64,000 nucleotides of DNA from an uncultured Victivallales bacterium (GCA_964635275.1 CAZWPN010000004.1:502-64501); one strand, 5' to 3'; positions 29,654 to 39,099 are shown, counted from the stretch's first letter. Numbers and translations: made by a program. Notes: generated from the letters alone by a model not told the origin.

Positions 29654-30934
29654 TCAGGCACTCCAAAGAGCCGCCGCCATCGCGCGGATATGTGCCGGCG
29701 TCGTGCCGCAGCACCCGCCCAGGATGTCGGCTCCTGCCGCTCTGACCTGCAGGGCGTACTCCGCCATAATGGCCGGTGTCTGGGGAAACACGTCGCGGCC
29801 ATCCACGTGGACAGGAGCGCCTGCATTCGCATGGACAATGACTGGGACTCCAGGCACTGCCGCGCGAATGTCCCTGACAATATCGACCATACGATCCATT
29901 CCGTTTCCGCAATTGGTGCCGACAATGTGGGCTCCAGCCTCCACCATGGCCAACGCCATCTCTCCGGGGGCAACACCCATCATCGTCCGGTACTGGCCGT
30001 GCACCGTCCGCTCGAAGGTGAATGTGCACAGAACCTCGAGTCCCGTGTTTTCGCGTGCCGCCTTCACGGCCAACGCACCCTCGTCCAACGCGGCGAACGT
30101 TTCGATCAAGCAGGCGTCAGCACCGCCGGCCTCGAGCGCCTTTGCCTGATCCCGGAAAGAGGCATAAAGCTCATCCTCGGAGACATCACCCATCAGCAAC
30201 ATCTTCCCCGTAGGCCCCATGGATGCAATGACATGACGGTCCGGCCCGGCCGCCTCTCTCGACAACCGGGCGGCCGCATGGTTGAGCTCCGCCACGCGGT
30301 CCTGAAGCCCGAAGTGAAGCAGCTTGAAACACGATGCCCCGAAACTGTTCGTTTTGACCATCTCAGCGCCGGCATCGACATACTGCCGAGCAACGTCCCG
30401 AACCGCATCGGAATGCTCAACGCACCAGAGTTCTGGACACTCGCCGGGCTTCAATCCCTTTTGCTGAAGGATCGTGCCCCAGCCTCCGTCCGAAATCATT
30501 ACCTTCCCGTCCTTCAACTTGTCCACAATACGCTTCATCCCTGCCTCCATGGGAATCGCCCTGGAGGCGCTTGCCGCCAGAGCCCGCCTTATCTCCGCCA
30601 AGAGAACATCTGACGACTGCGTCTTGGACACGACCGCAACGCCAGGATAGCGCAGATGAATATCGTGCAAATCCGCCCGCGCCGTGAAAACGACAACGGG
30701 GATAGGCCGGGCCACGCGAGTCGCCATGACGCTCAGGAACGTGAACCCATTCATCCCGGGCATGTTGACGTCCAGCAGCACCAGATCCACATGGTGCCGG
30801 GACACATGCCGCAGGCCATCGTCTGCATTGTGGACCGCTACAACCTCATAGCCATCGAATCGCAAACGATCACCCACCGCCATCGCTATGCGGGCGTCGT
30901 CGTCAATAAACAGAACTACCGGCTTGAGACGCAT
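29654..30934 (-). CDS. Response-regulator receiver domain fused to homocysteine S-methyltransferase (Pfam S-methyl_trans, MetH N-terminal-like) domain
   Basis: REC: VLFIDDD...LVLLDVNMPGMNGF...VVFTARAD. Methyltransferase: ISDGGWGTILQQKGL...AGAEMVKTNSFGAS...GTNCG...GGCCGTTPAHI, i.e. the zinc-binding Cys triad as in MetH. Likely start MRLKPV at 30934, after a GGGTGGA RBS. Confidence 0.75.
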   Translation of the reverse strand: MRLKPVVLFIDDDARIAMAVGDRLRFDGYEVVAVHNADDGLRHVSRHHVDLVLLDVNMPGMNGFTFLSVMATRVARPIPVVVFTARADLHDIHLRYPGVAVVSKTQSSDVLLAEIRRALAASASRAIPMEAGMKRIVDKLKDGKVMISDGGWGTILQQKGLKPGECPELWCVEHSDAVRDVARQYVDAGAEMVKTNSFGASCFKLLHFGLQDRVAELNHAAARLSREAAGPDRHVIASMGPTGKMLLMGDVSEDELYASFRDQAKALEAGGADACLIETFAALDEGALAVKAARENTGLEVLCTFTFERTVHGQYRTMMGVAPGEMALAMVEAGAHIVGTNCGNGMDRMVDIVRDIRAAVPGVPVIVHANAGAPVHVDGRDVFPQTPAIMAEYALQVRAAGADILGGCCGTTPAHIRAMAAALWSA

Positions 30935-31049
30935 AACATCCACCCTACCCGCAGGCATGGTACAGCGAGTCTCCGCGCTCCGCCACAAGAAAAAAGACCC
31001 TGGCAACCCGCAGGTCGCCAGGGTCTCATATTCGATCCGTCGTACGGTC

Positions 31050-31685
31050 CTATTTCTTCAGCAGGGATTTGGCCAAGTCCGCAGCCGACGCCGCATCAGG
31101 AGCGTACCCGTCTGCCCCGATCTCATTGCAGAAAGCCTGAGTCACCGGAGCACCGCCTATTATGACCTTTGTCTTGCCAGCGAGGTCCGATCCCTTGACA
31201 GCCTCCACAACGGCTTTCATGTTTGTCATGGTGGTTGTCAACAGGGCCGAGATACCGATAATGCTCACGCCATGGTCGCGAGCCGCCTGAACGAACTTCT
31301 GGGGATCCACGTCGATGCCAAGGTCCATGACCTTGAAGCCAGCCCCTTCCAGCATCATGCCGACCAGGTTCTTGCCAATGTCGTGAAGGTCACCCTTCAC
31401 CGTCCCGATCGCCGCCACTCCAATCGGCTGCACACCGGCCAAGGTGAGTTTGGGCTGCAAAATGCTCATGCCCGCCTTCATGGCGCGTGCGGCGATGAGA
31501 ACTTCTGGAACATAGACCTCGTTCTTCTTGAACCGTTCGCCAATCACGCTCATGCCGGACAACAAACCCTCGTTCAGAATCTTTGACGGCGCAATCCCCT
31601 CGCTCAATGCCTTTTCCACCAACGCCTTCACGTCGTTGGCCTTCCCCTTCATCAAACTTTCGGACATGCTCACAAGAACGCTCAT
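31050..31685 (-). CDS. Corrinoid (cobalamin)-binding protein, MtbC/MetH B12-domain type
   Basis: B12-binding cap plus Rossmann fold with the DxHxxG motif (GDLHDIGKNLV), followed by S-x-L and GG motifs. A GAAGGAG RBS lies 6 nt before the ATG at 31685. It sits immediately upstream of the REC-methyltransferase on the same strand. Confidence 0.8.
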   Translation of the reverse strand: MSVLVSMSESLMKGKANDVKALVEKALSEGIAPSKILNEGLLSGMSVIGERFKKNEVYVPEVLIAARAMKAGMSILQPKLTLAGVQPIGVAAIGTVKGDLHDIGKNLVGMMLEGAGFKVMDLGIDVDPQKFVQAARDHGVSIIGISALLTTTMTNMKAVVEAVKGSDLAGKTKVIIGGAPVTQAFCNEIGADGYAPDAASAADLAKSLLKK

Positions 31686-31828
31686 TCGATCTCCTTCACT
31701 TGACTCCAAACGTGCTCGGCAGCACCCATCGCGCTGCGACACCACACGCCGGACAGGTGCGTACCATACGCTATACCCCACTAGCACACTAGCAAATTGC
31801 ACAAGACAACTATAACGATTATGCTGGT

Positions 31829-33088
31829 TTGCAGATAAATAATGTGGCAACTATACGCAGGTACGGCGATTTCAAGGTCCTCGCTATGGCGATTCTGTCA
31901 CGAAGGTTGATGGGCGATGTGGCGCGCGAGTACCAATCCATTTTCGGATTGAAGCCCGCATTCCTTAGTCTGTCCGGCGGCGTGCTGCATGGGTCCGAAC
32001 CCATCGGAGCCGGCCCTGCCGGGCGGCGCAAGCGGCACACTGCCCTCCAGGAAAGCATCAGCACCGGCGAGCCTTGCGTGTTCCATCCGCTGCCAGGAGT
32101 GACTTCGTGGATACTGGCGCTGGAGGATCACCGCCTGATCCACGGTGCGGCTGTGGCTGGCGAGATCCTCACGGACCAGGGCAAAGGGCAGCGAAGTGGA
32201 GCAGTCGACTATCTCGTCTCACACGGTTGGGATGGCGATGCGGCAAAGACCGTCGGCAACAGACTGGCCGTCTGGCCTGAGGTTCGTGTGCGTGAAGCCG
32301 CCGTCGGCCTTGGTGATGTCTTCTACCGCATCAGCGGATGGAAACCGCTTCTGATGACCGAGAACCGCCTGAAAATACGGCAGCAGAAGCAGATCAGCCA
32401 GTCGATTGACGACTTGCGTCGCAGCGGCCGCCCCGCGCTTTATGCCTTCGAGAAAGAACGCATGTTGCTCACGCATATCCGGGCAGGCGACCGTCCTGCC
32501 GCCCGCCAGATACTCAATGAAATGCTGGCCACCATATTCCTCTCTTCGCCGCAACAGGTCGTGTTACGTGCACGGGCCATCGAGCTGGTCAGTTACCTGA
32601 CTCGTGCCGCGATCGAAGACAACGCATTGCTGGAACCGCTCATCGAGCGCAACCACGCATGGACGGAAAGGCTGGTGAGGGCGCGCAGTTTCGAGGAACT
32701 CTCAAGGATTATTTCGAGCGCCATGGACGACTTTATGGATGCGATCGACCTTCATGGAATGAACCGTACCAATACCAAGGTGCGTGCGGCGCTTGACTAT
32801 ATTGGCGAACACTATGGCAAGAAACTGTCCCTGCGCTACCTTGCCGCACATGTCGGTCTCAGTCCATCCCGACTGTCACACCTCGTCCGCAACGTCACCG
32901 GCAAGTCGCTGACGGAGGTTACCCAGCAGGTCCGTATCCGCCACGCGCAACACCTCCTGGAGCGGACAGACCAAAGTTGCACTGAGATAGCCTACGAGGT
33001 GGGCTACAACGACCAGAGCTACTTCATTAAGCACTTTCGCCGTCTGACAGGAACCACACCGCTGAAATACCGCCAACACCGCCCTTAG
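31829..33088 (+). CDS. AraC family transcriptional regulator (start possibly 31886)
   Basis: C-terminal AraC-type double HTH (SLRYLAAHVGLSPSRLSHLVR...YFIKHFRRLTGTTP). It is divergent from the corrinoid operon. Confidence 0.8.
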   Translation: MQINNVATIRRYGDFKVLAMAILSRRLMGDVAREYQSIFGLKPAFLSLSGGVLHGSEPIGAGPAGRRKRHTALQESISTGEPCVFHPLPGVTSWILALEDHRLIHGAAVAGEILTDQGKGQRSGAVDYLVSHGWDGDAAKTVGNRLAVWPEVRVREAAVGLGDVFYRISGWKPLLMTENRLKIRQQKQISQSIDDLRRSGRPALYAFEKERMLLTHIRAGDRPAARQILNEMLATIFLSSPQQVVLRARAIELVSYLTRAAIEDNALLEPLIERNHAWTERLVRARSFEELSRIISSAMDDFMDAIDLHGMNRTNTKVRAALDYIGEHYGKKLSLRYLAAHVGLSPSRLSHLVRNVTGKSLTEVTQQVRIRHAQHLLERTDQSCTEIAYEVGYNDQSYFIKHFRRLTGTTPLKYRQHRP

Positions 33089-35217
33089 ACAGACTGAGAG
33101 TCGTCACCGTCGGGATCCACCTCATCCAGCGCCTCAATAACCATGGCCGTCTGCTGTAGCTGCGACCAGAGTCGAGTCAGGTTCGCCTGAAAGATGTCGA
33201 CGACTTCCGGGTCGAATTGTCGTCCACGGCCCTCGACAATCTGCCGGACAATCTCGTCCCGCCGCATCCCCTTGCGGTAAATCCGGTTCGCGCACATGGC
33301 ATCGTAGGCATCGGCCAACGCAAAAACCCTTGCTAGCAACGAAATATCAGTTCCCTTCAGACCGAATGGATAGCCGCTGCCGTCGTACCGCTCATGGTGC
33401 TCAAGGACAACATGGGCTGCCCCGCTCAGCGTCCGGAATGGCTTCAGCATGGCATAGCCGATCTGCGGGTGTGTCCGCATGATCCCCCACTCCTCGTCGG
33501 TGAACGCCTCGCTCTTGTTGAGAACAACGTCCGGTATGCCCAGCTTGCCGATATCGTGCAGCAAAGCGCCCTCGGCCAGGTCGGAAAGCTCATCCTGCGT
33601 CATGCCCATGGCGCGGCCCAGCGAAACCGCCATGCGCCTGACATTCTCACAATGCACACGAATTCCCGGTTCGTGCGCCTCCAGAATCGTAATAAGCATG
33701 TCGGTGATCGACTGGACGTCCTGGGCAACCGCCACCGTCAATGGCGCGATATCCGCCTCATTCTTTTCCCGCCGAAGCGACTGAAGCGATACCGAGCCGG
33801 TATGCCCGTCACCGGAGAGAGCAAAGACGCAATCGCGGCCCTGTTTCTTTGCGCCATACAGGGCCCTATCCGCCCGATGCATCAAACGGTCACTCTGAAG
33901 CGTCAGGGTCTCCTGAGCCGTAACAGCTGAAACCCCGACAGAAACCGTGACCCTTAAATTCGCTGTGTCGCGGCAGAACACATGTTGCCGGACCCGTTGT
34001 ATGAGGTCGTCCGCTCGGCTTCGGGCCTGGTCCACATCCGCGCCAGGCATGATCATCACCAGTTCGTCACCCCCGTACCGGGCCGAGACGTCCCGGTCGC
34101 TCGCCACCTCACGCATCAGTGTGGCCAGCTCTTGAAGAATCATGTCGCCCACAGGATGCCCATAGGTATCGTTCAGGCTCTTGAAATGGTCGGCATCAAG
34201 AACAAGTATACCAACGGACTCTCCCTCCTGCCGGGCCGCCGCCCAGATCCTACGGATGGCGTCGCGGAGACCGCGTACATTGTACAGTCCCGTCAATCCA
34301 TCCGACAGCGCCTGGTGCTGTATTCGGCGAAATGCCACCAGCACCGTGGAAACATGATTGGCAGCGTGGTAAAGGAAGAGCAGATCGGTTTCAGCGTAAG
34401 CAACGCCCGGTTCCAGGCCAAGCGTTAACAGGCCATGAATCTCTCCTCCGGCAACAACGGGCACCGTTGAACACTGAGATGGAGCCGATTGCCCGTCAGA
34501 CCGGTCCGTGAGCCCCTCGGTCTGCACCGTGACGCCACCCTCCATCGCATGCCCGCTCAGCGCCCGGTATCGCTCCAACATATGGTCCCTCAACAGCCCC
34601 ATGTACGCAACTGTGACCGGCTTGAGGGCATAGAGAACCATGCTGGGCTTTTCGTCCTCAATTGAAAAGATCCCAACGGCGGCGGCGTTGAACCTCTCCG
34701 CCAATCCTCCGCTTAGCGCGCGAAGGGCCTCGGCCAACGTGCCAGACCGAATCGCCACCGTCGTCAATTGCCGGAGAATGCGCAGTTCGGATTCCAGGTG
34801 TTGCAGAGAAAACGGAACAGAACGCGCCAGATGCTCACGGCCCTTCCGGACTTCCTCCATAACCCTGGAGACCAACTCCTGACGCTCAAACGGTTTGAGG
34901 ACAAAACTCCGCACGCCGAAGCGCTCTGTCTGCTCGCGGGCCTCGGGCGTTAGGTGCCCCGTGACAACCACAATGCCCATCCACGGCCACATCTTGAGCG
35001 CCACTTCCAGGAAGGCGATGCCGTCCATTCCGCTCATCCGCAAGTCCACGACAACCACGTCGAACTCTTGTAGGAGGAGCGCCTGCAGCCCTTCGCGGCC
35101 ATCCTCCGCCATCTCCACGACGCAGCCCGCATTCCGAAGTATGCTCGCCATCAGCTGGCGTATCGGTGCCTCGTCATCAATGACCAGTGCGCGAACCTGA
35201 CTCGTTTTCTCCGCCAC
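33085..35217 (-). CDS. Response regulator with REC, sensory middle region, GGDEF (GGDEL variant) and HD-GYP domains
   Basis: REC (VIDDEAP...VVVDLRMSGMDG); GGDEF domain (DGLTGLYNVRG...LDADHFKSLNDTYGHPVGD...RYGGDELVM); HD-GYP (HDIGKLGIPD...HHERYDGSGYP). Confidence 0.8.
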   Translation of the reverse strand: MAEKTSQVRALVIDDEAPIRQLMASILRNAGCVVEMAEDGREGLQALLLQEFDVVVVDLRMSGMDGIAFLEVALKMWPWMGIVVVTGHLTPEAREQTERFGVRSFVLKPFERQELVSRVMEEVRKGREHLARSVPFSLQHLESELRILRQLTTVAIRSGTLAEALRALSGGLAERFNAAAVGIFSIEDEKPSMVLYALKPVTVAYMGLLRDHMLERYRALSGHAMEGGVTVQTEGLTDRSDGQSAPSQCSTVPVVAGGEIHGLLTLGLEPGVAYAETDLLFLYHAANHVSTVLVAFRRIQHQALSDGLTGLYNVRGLRDAIRRIWAAARQEGESVGILVLDADHFKSLNDTYGHPVGDMILQELATLMREVASDRDVSARYGGDELVMIMPGADVDQARSRADDLIQRVRQHVFCRDTANLRVTVSVGVSAVTAQETLTLQSDRLMHRADRALYGAKKQGRDCVFALSGDGHTGSVSLQSLRREKNEADIAPLTVAVAQDVQSITDMLITILEAHEPGIRVHCENVRRMAVSLGRAMGMTQDELSDLAEGALLHDIGKLGIPDVVLNKSEAFTDEEWGIMRTHPQIGYAMLKPFRTLSGAAHVVLEHHERYDGSGYPFGLKGTDISLLARVFALADAYDAMCANRIYRKGMRRDEIVRQIVEGRGRQFDPEVVDIFQANLTRLWSQLQQTAMVIEALDEVDPDGDDSQSV

Positions 35218-35329
35218 TTAAGCCACTCCTATACAAAGACAACCACTCTATGCCGTTCTTCATTCGCTGGCGCATGAGGTCGGATGGCGAGGCAAGCTCA
35301 ACGCCTGCGGCAGCCCGACCGGACTCGGA

Positions 35330-36511
35330 CTACTTAGCGACTTCCGCATCTCTGCCGACGTCCGCCATCGCGGACTGAAGGCCCAGGATGCTGTACGACG
35401 TGACCAGCACCGGGTTACCCTCCCAAAAACGACCGCTGGTCTTGTTGACCCAGAAGCCCTCGTCCGGCTTATCGCCCCTTTGCTGGCAGGCGGCCACCTT
35501 GCCCACGTACTCGGACCGCCAGTTGACCGCTCCCCGATCTTTGACCGGCACGGTATCCACCCCGTACGCCGACAGAGCGCGGCTCATGACGTTGTAGTAG
35601 AAGTAAAGCCCGCTGGGACCGACGCCCGGGTTTTCCTCGAGCGTCCAGTGGCGCGTGGCCCAGTCGAATGCCGAACGGACCCGCGTGTCATCACGGCTGA
35701 GATCCGCATAGATCAGGCTCAACAACCCGGCATAGGTCATCGTTCCCGATGAGCGCAGGACAACGGTGCCATCCTTGCCTTTGTCAGTCCCAAAGATGGA
35801 ACCACCCGAAGCGTAGGTAATGCCGCCCGCATTGTCTTCGCCGGCGGCGGTGGAATTCTGCAACCTCTCGATGAACGCAATCGTCTTCTTCCAGTCGAGT
35901 TGCGCCGGCTTCTCGCCCTTGCGGCGGGAGTCCTCCGCATCGGCGGTCAGTTTCATCGCCTGGATGGCCATCATGGTGTTCTGGATGTCGGCGTGGACGA
36001 AGCGCGTGGTGCGGCTGTACCCAAAACCGCCGTCGGTATCGTCGCCGGACTGGATCTGCGAGCCGGCGATAAAAGTGCGGGCTCTGAGGATGATCGGGGT
36101 AAGCGCCGGGTCCTTGACTGCATGGAGAGCCACCATGCACACGGCCGTATTATACGTTGTCAGCCCACCGGTCAGCAGTGTGGATTTGTATATTCCGCCG
36201 TCCTTCTGCACGCACCCCAGAAGGTACTGCACCGCATTCGAGACGCAGGCGTCGCGGCGCGGGTGCCTGCTTTGCGCGAACGCCCACAGGGGAAGTCCCG
36301 TCAGCGCGGGGTAACTGCGGTCGGACCACGACCCTCCAGAGTCCTGAAGACGGGCAAGCCAATTCAGCCCTCTCTCGACGGCGATCCGACCCTGCTGCTC
36401 AACGGCCGTCGTCTGCGCCGGTTGACCAGCCTGACTGCGAAAAGTGGCGGCAAGAAACGCCACCGTACAGAAGGCAATGGCACAAGCGTTCCGAAGTCTG
36501 CGTATCATCAT
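35330..36511 (-). CDS. Secreted prenyltransferase / squalene-oxidase-repeat (terpene-cyclase-like) protein
   Basis: Signal peptide (MMIRRLRNACAIAFCTVAFLAATFRSQA) after a GGAGGA RBS. Repeated QxxxGGW-type motifs (LQDSGGSWSD, QKDGGI, QIQSGDDTDGGFGYS). Confidence 0.6.
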   Translation of the reverse strand: MMIRRLRNACAIAFCTVAFLAATFRSQAGQPAQTTAVEQQGRIAVERGLNWLARLQDSGGSWSDRSYPALTGLPLWAFAQSRHPRRDACVSNAVQYLLGCVQKDGGIYKSTLLTGGLTTYNTAVCMVALHAVKDPALTPIILRARTFIAGSQIQSGDDTDGGFGYSRTTRFVHADIQNTMMAIQAMKLTADAEDSRRKGEKPAQLDWKKTIAFIERLQNSTAAGEDNAGGITYASGGSIFGTDKGKDGTVVLRSSGTMTYAGLLSLIYADLSRDDTRVRSAFDWATRHWTLEENPGVGPSGLYFYYNVMSRALSAYGVDTVPVKDRGAVNWRSEYVGKVAACQQRGDKPDEGFWVNKTSGRFWEGNPVLVTSYSILGLQSAMADVGRDAEVAK

Positions 36512-36566
36512 AGTGGCGGTCCTCCGCGTCGGTCCGGCAGGCCAATCCACCCGGAGGGCTGGACTG

Positions 36567-36976
36567 ATGGCCGTCCTTGTCAGAACCTTCTGCTACAGAG
36601 ACTTTGCCAGTTTACCCGCCGTAGTCAAGATGCTTCGTGAGTCCCTGATCCTCGACTACCGCAACTTCGAGCAGGTAGTCCGCAAGGCGCGGATGGCGTG
36701 TTTCAACAGCGGCCAGCGGGTCGAGGATCATTTCGTTGACATCACCGAAATGATCGAAATCGGGAAGGGCGGAGGGAGGTGGCCGTCACGCTTCTGTCGC
36801 GCTATGCCTGCTACCTAGTGGTTCAGAACGCCGATCCGGCCAAAGACATCGTGGCAATGGGCCAGACTTACTTCGCCGTCCGGACTCGGCGGCAGGAACT
36901 GACCGATCAGGCAATCGAAGACGAACGCCGTTTGCGGAATTCTTGCGGCAGCACACCGGCGCAGCTTCGTGCTGTG
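36567..36976 (+). pseudogene. DinD-like (DNA-damage-inducible protein D family) remnant, frameshifted and 3'-truncated at tRNA-Val
   Basis: Two adjacent frames (36567-36818 and 36779-36976) together align to E. coli DinD (..DYRNFEQV..A..ACFNSGQ...[15 protein letters not shown] | [36 protein letters not shown]). The frameshift is near 36785. Homology stops where the tRNA begins, about half the length of DinD. Confidence 0.6.
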
Positions 36977-36980
36977 AATA

Positions 36981-37055
36981 TGGTGGGCACTAGAGGATTT
37001 GAACCTCTGACTTCTTGCGTGTGAAGCAAGCGTTCTCCCACTGAACTAAGTGCCC
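36981..37055 (-). tRNA. tRNA-Val (anticodon CAC), CCA encoded
   Basis: Cloverleaf read directly from the sequence: acceptor GGGCACT/AGTGCCC, D-stem GTTC/GAAC, anticodon arm CTTGC-TTCACAC-GCAAG, T-arm AGAGG-TTCAAAT-CCTCT, then A + CCA. Confidence 0.85.
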
Positions 37056-37121
37056 GCGCTCTGTGACGGCGTACAAAATGCCAAAACGACAAACTAAAGT
37101 CAATGCCCGGTGTAGGCCCAA

Positions 37122-37313
37122 AAAACTGCGGGAGTTGGAAGACTGGAAGGTTGGAAGATTGGGCAAGCCCTTGAATCCGTGGCCGCTTCACACGCCCGGC
37201 GCACGTGCATGAGTTCACGCACTGCTTGATGTTTCATCCTGCCCATGACCATGCTGAACGCCCCTGTGGACGCGCCTTTTTCATCCTTCCAGTCTTCCAC
37301 CCTTCCAAATCTT
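37122..37313. repeat. Dispersed ~180-bp intergenic repeat, copy B
   Basis: See copy A (11974..12151). Terminal inverted segments (GGAAGACTGGAAGG ... CCTTCCAGTCTTCC) could form a long hairpin. Confidence 0.7.
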
Positions 37314-37331
37314 CGCGGTTCAGGGTAGGCC

Positions 37332-38555
37332 CTATGAGGTCTGTAGAAGGGACACGTCCACGCGTTGCGTGCGCTCATCGAGCAGTTTGGCAAGGTAATC
37401 CGCGAGATCCCGTTCGTACTCCGTGTCCAGGTTGGCGTGCACCAACTGCTTGTCAATGACCAACCACCCATCGTCACCAACCTCAGCCTCCCGCGCCGTG
37501 GCGTAACGTTTTGCCGGGTCGGGATCAAGAAACCGCGAAATGATGCCGACCAATTTGCGGTTGGCCAGCACATACGCCGGCAGCATGTCGGGAAGCCTCT
37601 CCTGCAGGTGGAGTTTGAGATCCAGAAGATCGGCCTCGGCTATCCCATCGTCCGACGTCAGTGGCTCGCCACGCAGAAGCTCCAGCGCCACCAGCCCCAG
37701 GCTGTAAAGATCCGAACGCATATCCGGCGGCTGCCGCCGATGGCCCTCCGGCGACATGTACAGGGGAGACCCAAGGAGAAACGATTGATGTTCCCCAATC
37801 ATCACGGCGCGGCCGAAGTCCACCAGGCGGACGGTTCCCAGTCGGTCAAGCATGATGTTCCCCGGCTTCATGTCGGAATGAAGGAAGTTCATCTCATGCA
37901 AGCGTTCCAGTCCCTGCAGCGCCTCGCGCATGATGAAAACGACAAAACCTGGCTGAAAGCACATGCGATCGCCGTCCAATCGAAACAGTGGGCGTATCAA
38001 CTTGTTCCACTCGCGCGCGCCACACTTCCGGCGGACAATCTCCAGATGATCCTTCCGCAGCAACCTGCCCAGATCGATTCCGTTGATGGCCTCCATCTGG
38101 ACATACCCGATACCGTACGTTTCCTCGTAGGAGTAGCTCCACACCAGGTTAGGACAGTGTACTCGCTCCAGCTTGGAAACCTGCGAGGCGATTCGCCCCA
38201 TGTCAGTCCAATACTCTTCGGGAGAGCGATAGAGATCCGGATCAAACACCTTGATGGCGTGCTCGGTAATGCAGCCGCGCGCGCCCTGCCGCAGCGCAAG
38301 AAACACCTGTCCCTGCCGCCCGCGCCCCAATTGATAAAGAAACTGGTATGCCACCGGATAGTAGATGGCCTTCGACTTCACGATGGTTGCGTAGTTGTGC
38401 CTGAGTTGGTCCATGGTCATGCGAACAGCGGGCGGCTGACCATTTGAGCTGACCGGATGCAACGACATCCCCCCCTGCTCCGCGCCGGTGAGATCGATTA
38501 TGGCGACATCCCTCTCTGTGCTCTTGATTTCCATGCGTCTGAGATAGTAGACCAT
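37332..38555 (-). CDS. Serine/threonine protein kinase with ~200-aa uncharacterised C-terminal region
   Basis: Hanks kinase motifs: GRGRQGQVF (P-loop), HSDMKPGNIML (catalytic loop), DFG, SPE. The start is probably MVYYLRRMEIK (38555 or 38534), since the longer ORF-track N-terminus is hydrophobic junk. Confidence 0.75.
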   Translation of the reverse strand: MVYYLRRMEIKSTERDVAIIDLTGAEQGGMSLHPVSSNGQPPAVRMTMDQLRHNYATIVKSKAIYYPVAYQFLYQLGRGRQGQVFLALRQGARGCITEHAIKVFDPDLYRSPEEYWTDMGRIASQVSKLERVHCPNLVWSYSYEETYGIGYVQMEAINGIDLGRLLRKDHLEIVRRKCGAREWNKLIRPLFRLDGDRMCFQPGFVVFIMREALQGLERLHEMNFLHSDMKPGNIMLDRLGTVRLVDFGRAVMIGEHQSFLLGSPLYMSPEGHRRQPPDMRSDLYSLGLVALELLRGEPLTSDDGIAEADLLDLKLHLQERLPDMLPAYVLANRKLVGIISRFLDPDPAKRYATAREAEVGDDGWLVIDKQLVHANLDTEYERDLADYLAKLLDERTQRVDVSLLQTS

Positions 38556-38691
38556 CCGTGCACGGGTTACACCAAAAAACAAGAATCTCGATTGCGACAG
38601 TTCTCCTTGACGTCCACGGGGTGTTTGTGGATACTGAGCTGTTGGGTCAAGACAGACAAGACGTTTGACAACAACTCCGAGAGGGGCCATC

Positions 38692-39099
38692 ATGAAGAAG
38701 GTGATTCGCAGCAAGAAACCTGTACAAACAACCCGAGCGAAAAAAACGAAAGCCCGTTTGCCAATCCGCAAGACAGTAGTCCCAGCGACTCAAGAGAAGG
38801 CAACCCGGAAACCGGCTCGCCGAAGGGCGGCGTTCGAAACCCAGGTTTTGCCCTTGCAGATGCGGACCGAACCGGCGCAGTTGCTGACGTTTCCAACGCT
38901 CCCTTCCATACCGACGCCACCGGCCGCCACACCAAAACACACACAGGAAGACATCCGCAGCCTGATTGCGCGAGAGGCATACTTCCTGGCCGAGAAGGAT
39001 GGGTTCCGAGGGGATCCCGCCGCTTACTGGGTGGAGGCGGAGATCCAGGTTCTGGCTTCGCGGGAAAGCCGCACCGAGCGCGTCTCCTGCGGCGGTTGA
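38692..39099 (+). CDS. Lys/Arg-rich hypothetical protein with C-terminal DUF2934-like motif
   Basis: Strong RBS (GAGAGGGG) before the ATG at 38692. C-terminal IAREAYFLAEKDGFRGDPAAYWVEAE matches the DUF2934 signature. Confidence 0.55.
   Translation: MKKVIRSKKPVQTTRAKKTKARLPIRKTVVPATQEKATRKPARRRAAFETQVLPLQMRTEPAQLLTFPTLPSIPTPPAATPKHTQEDIRSLIAREAYFLAEKDGFRGDPAAYWVEAEIQVLASRESRTERVSCGG

Noticed and set aside
31686-31828. Possible cobalamin riboswitch upstream of the corrinoid-protein gene
   Set aside because: The spacer is only ~140 nt and no B12-box-like element (GCCACTG/AGYCMGG-type) is recognisable on the relevant strand.
35900-36640. 246-aa + ORF opposite the squalene-cyclase-like gene
   Set aside because: The minus-strand frame carries a signal peptide, an RBS and repeated QxxxGG(W) motifs; the plus frame is Arg/Gly-rich off-frame noise.
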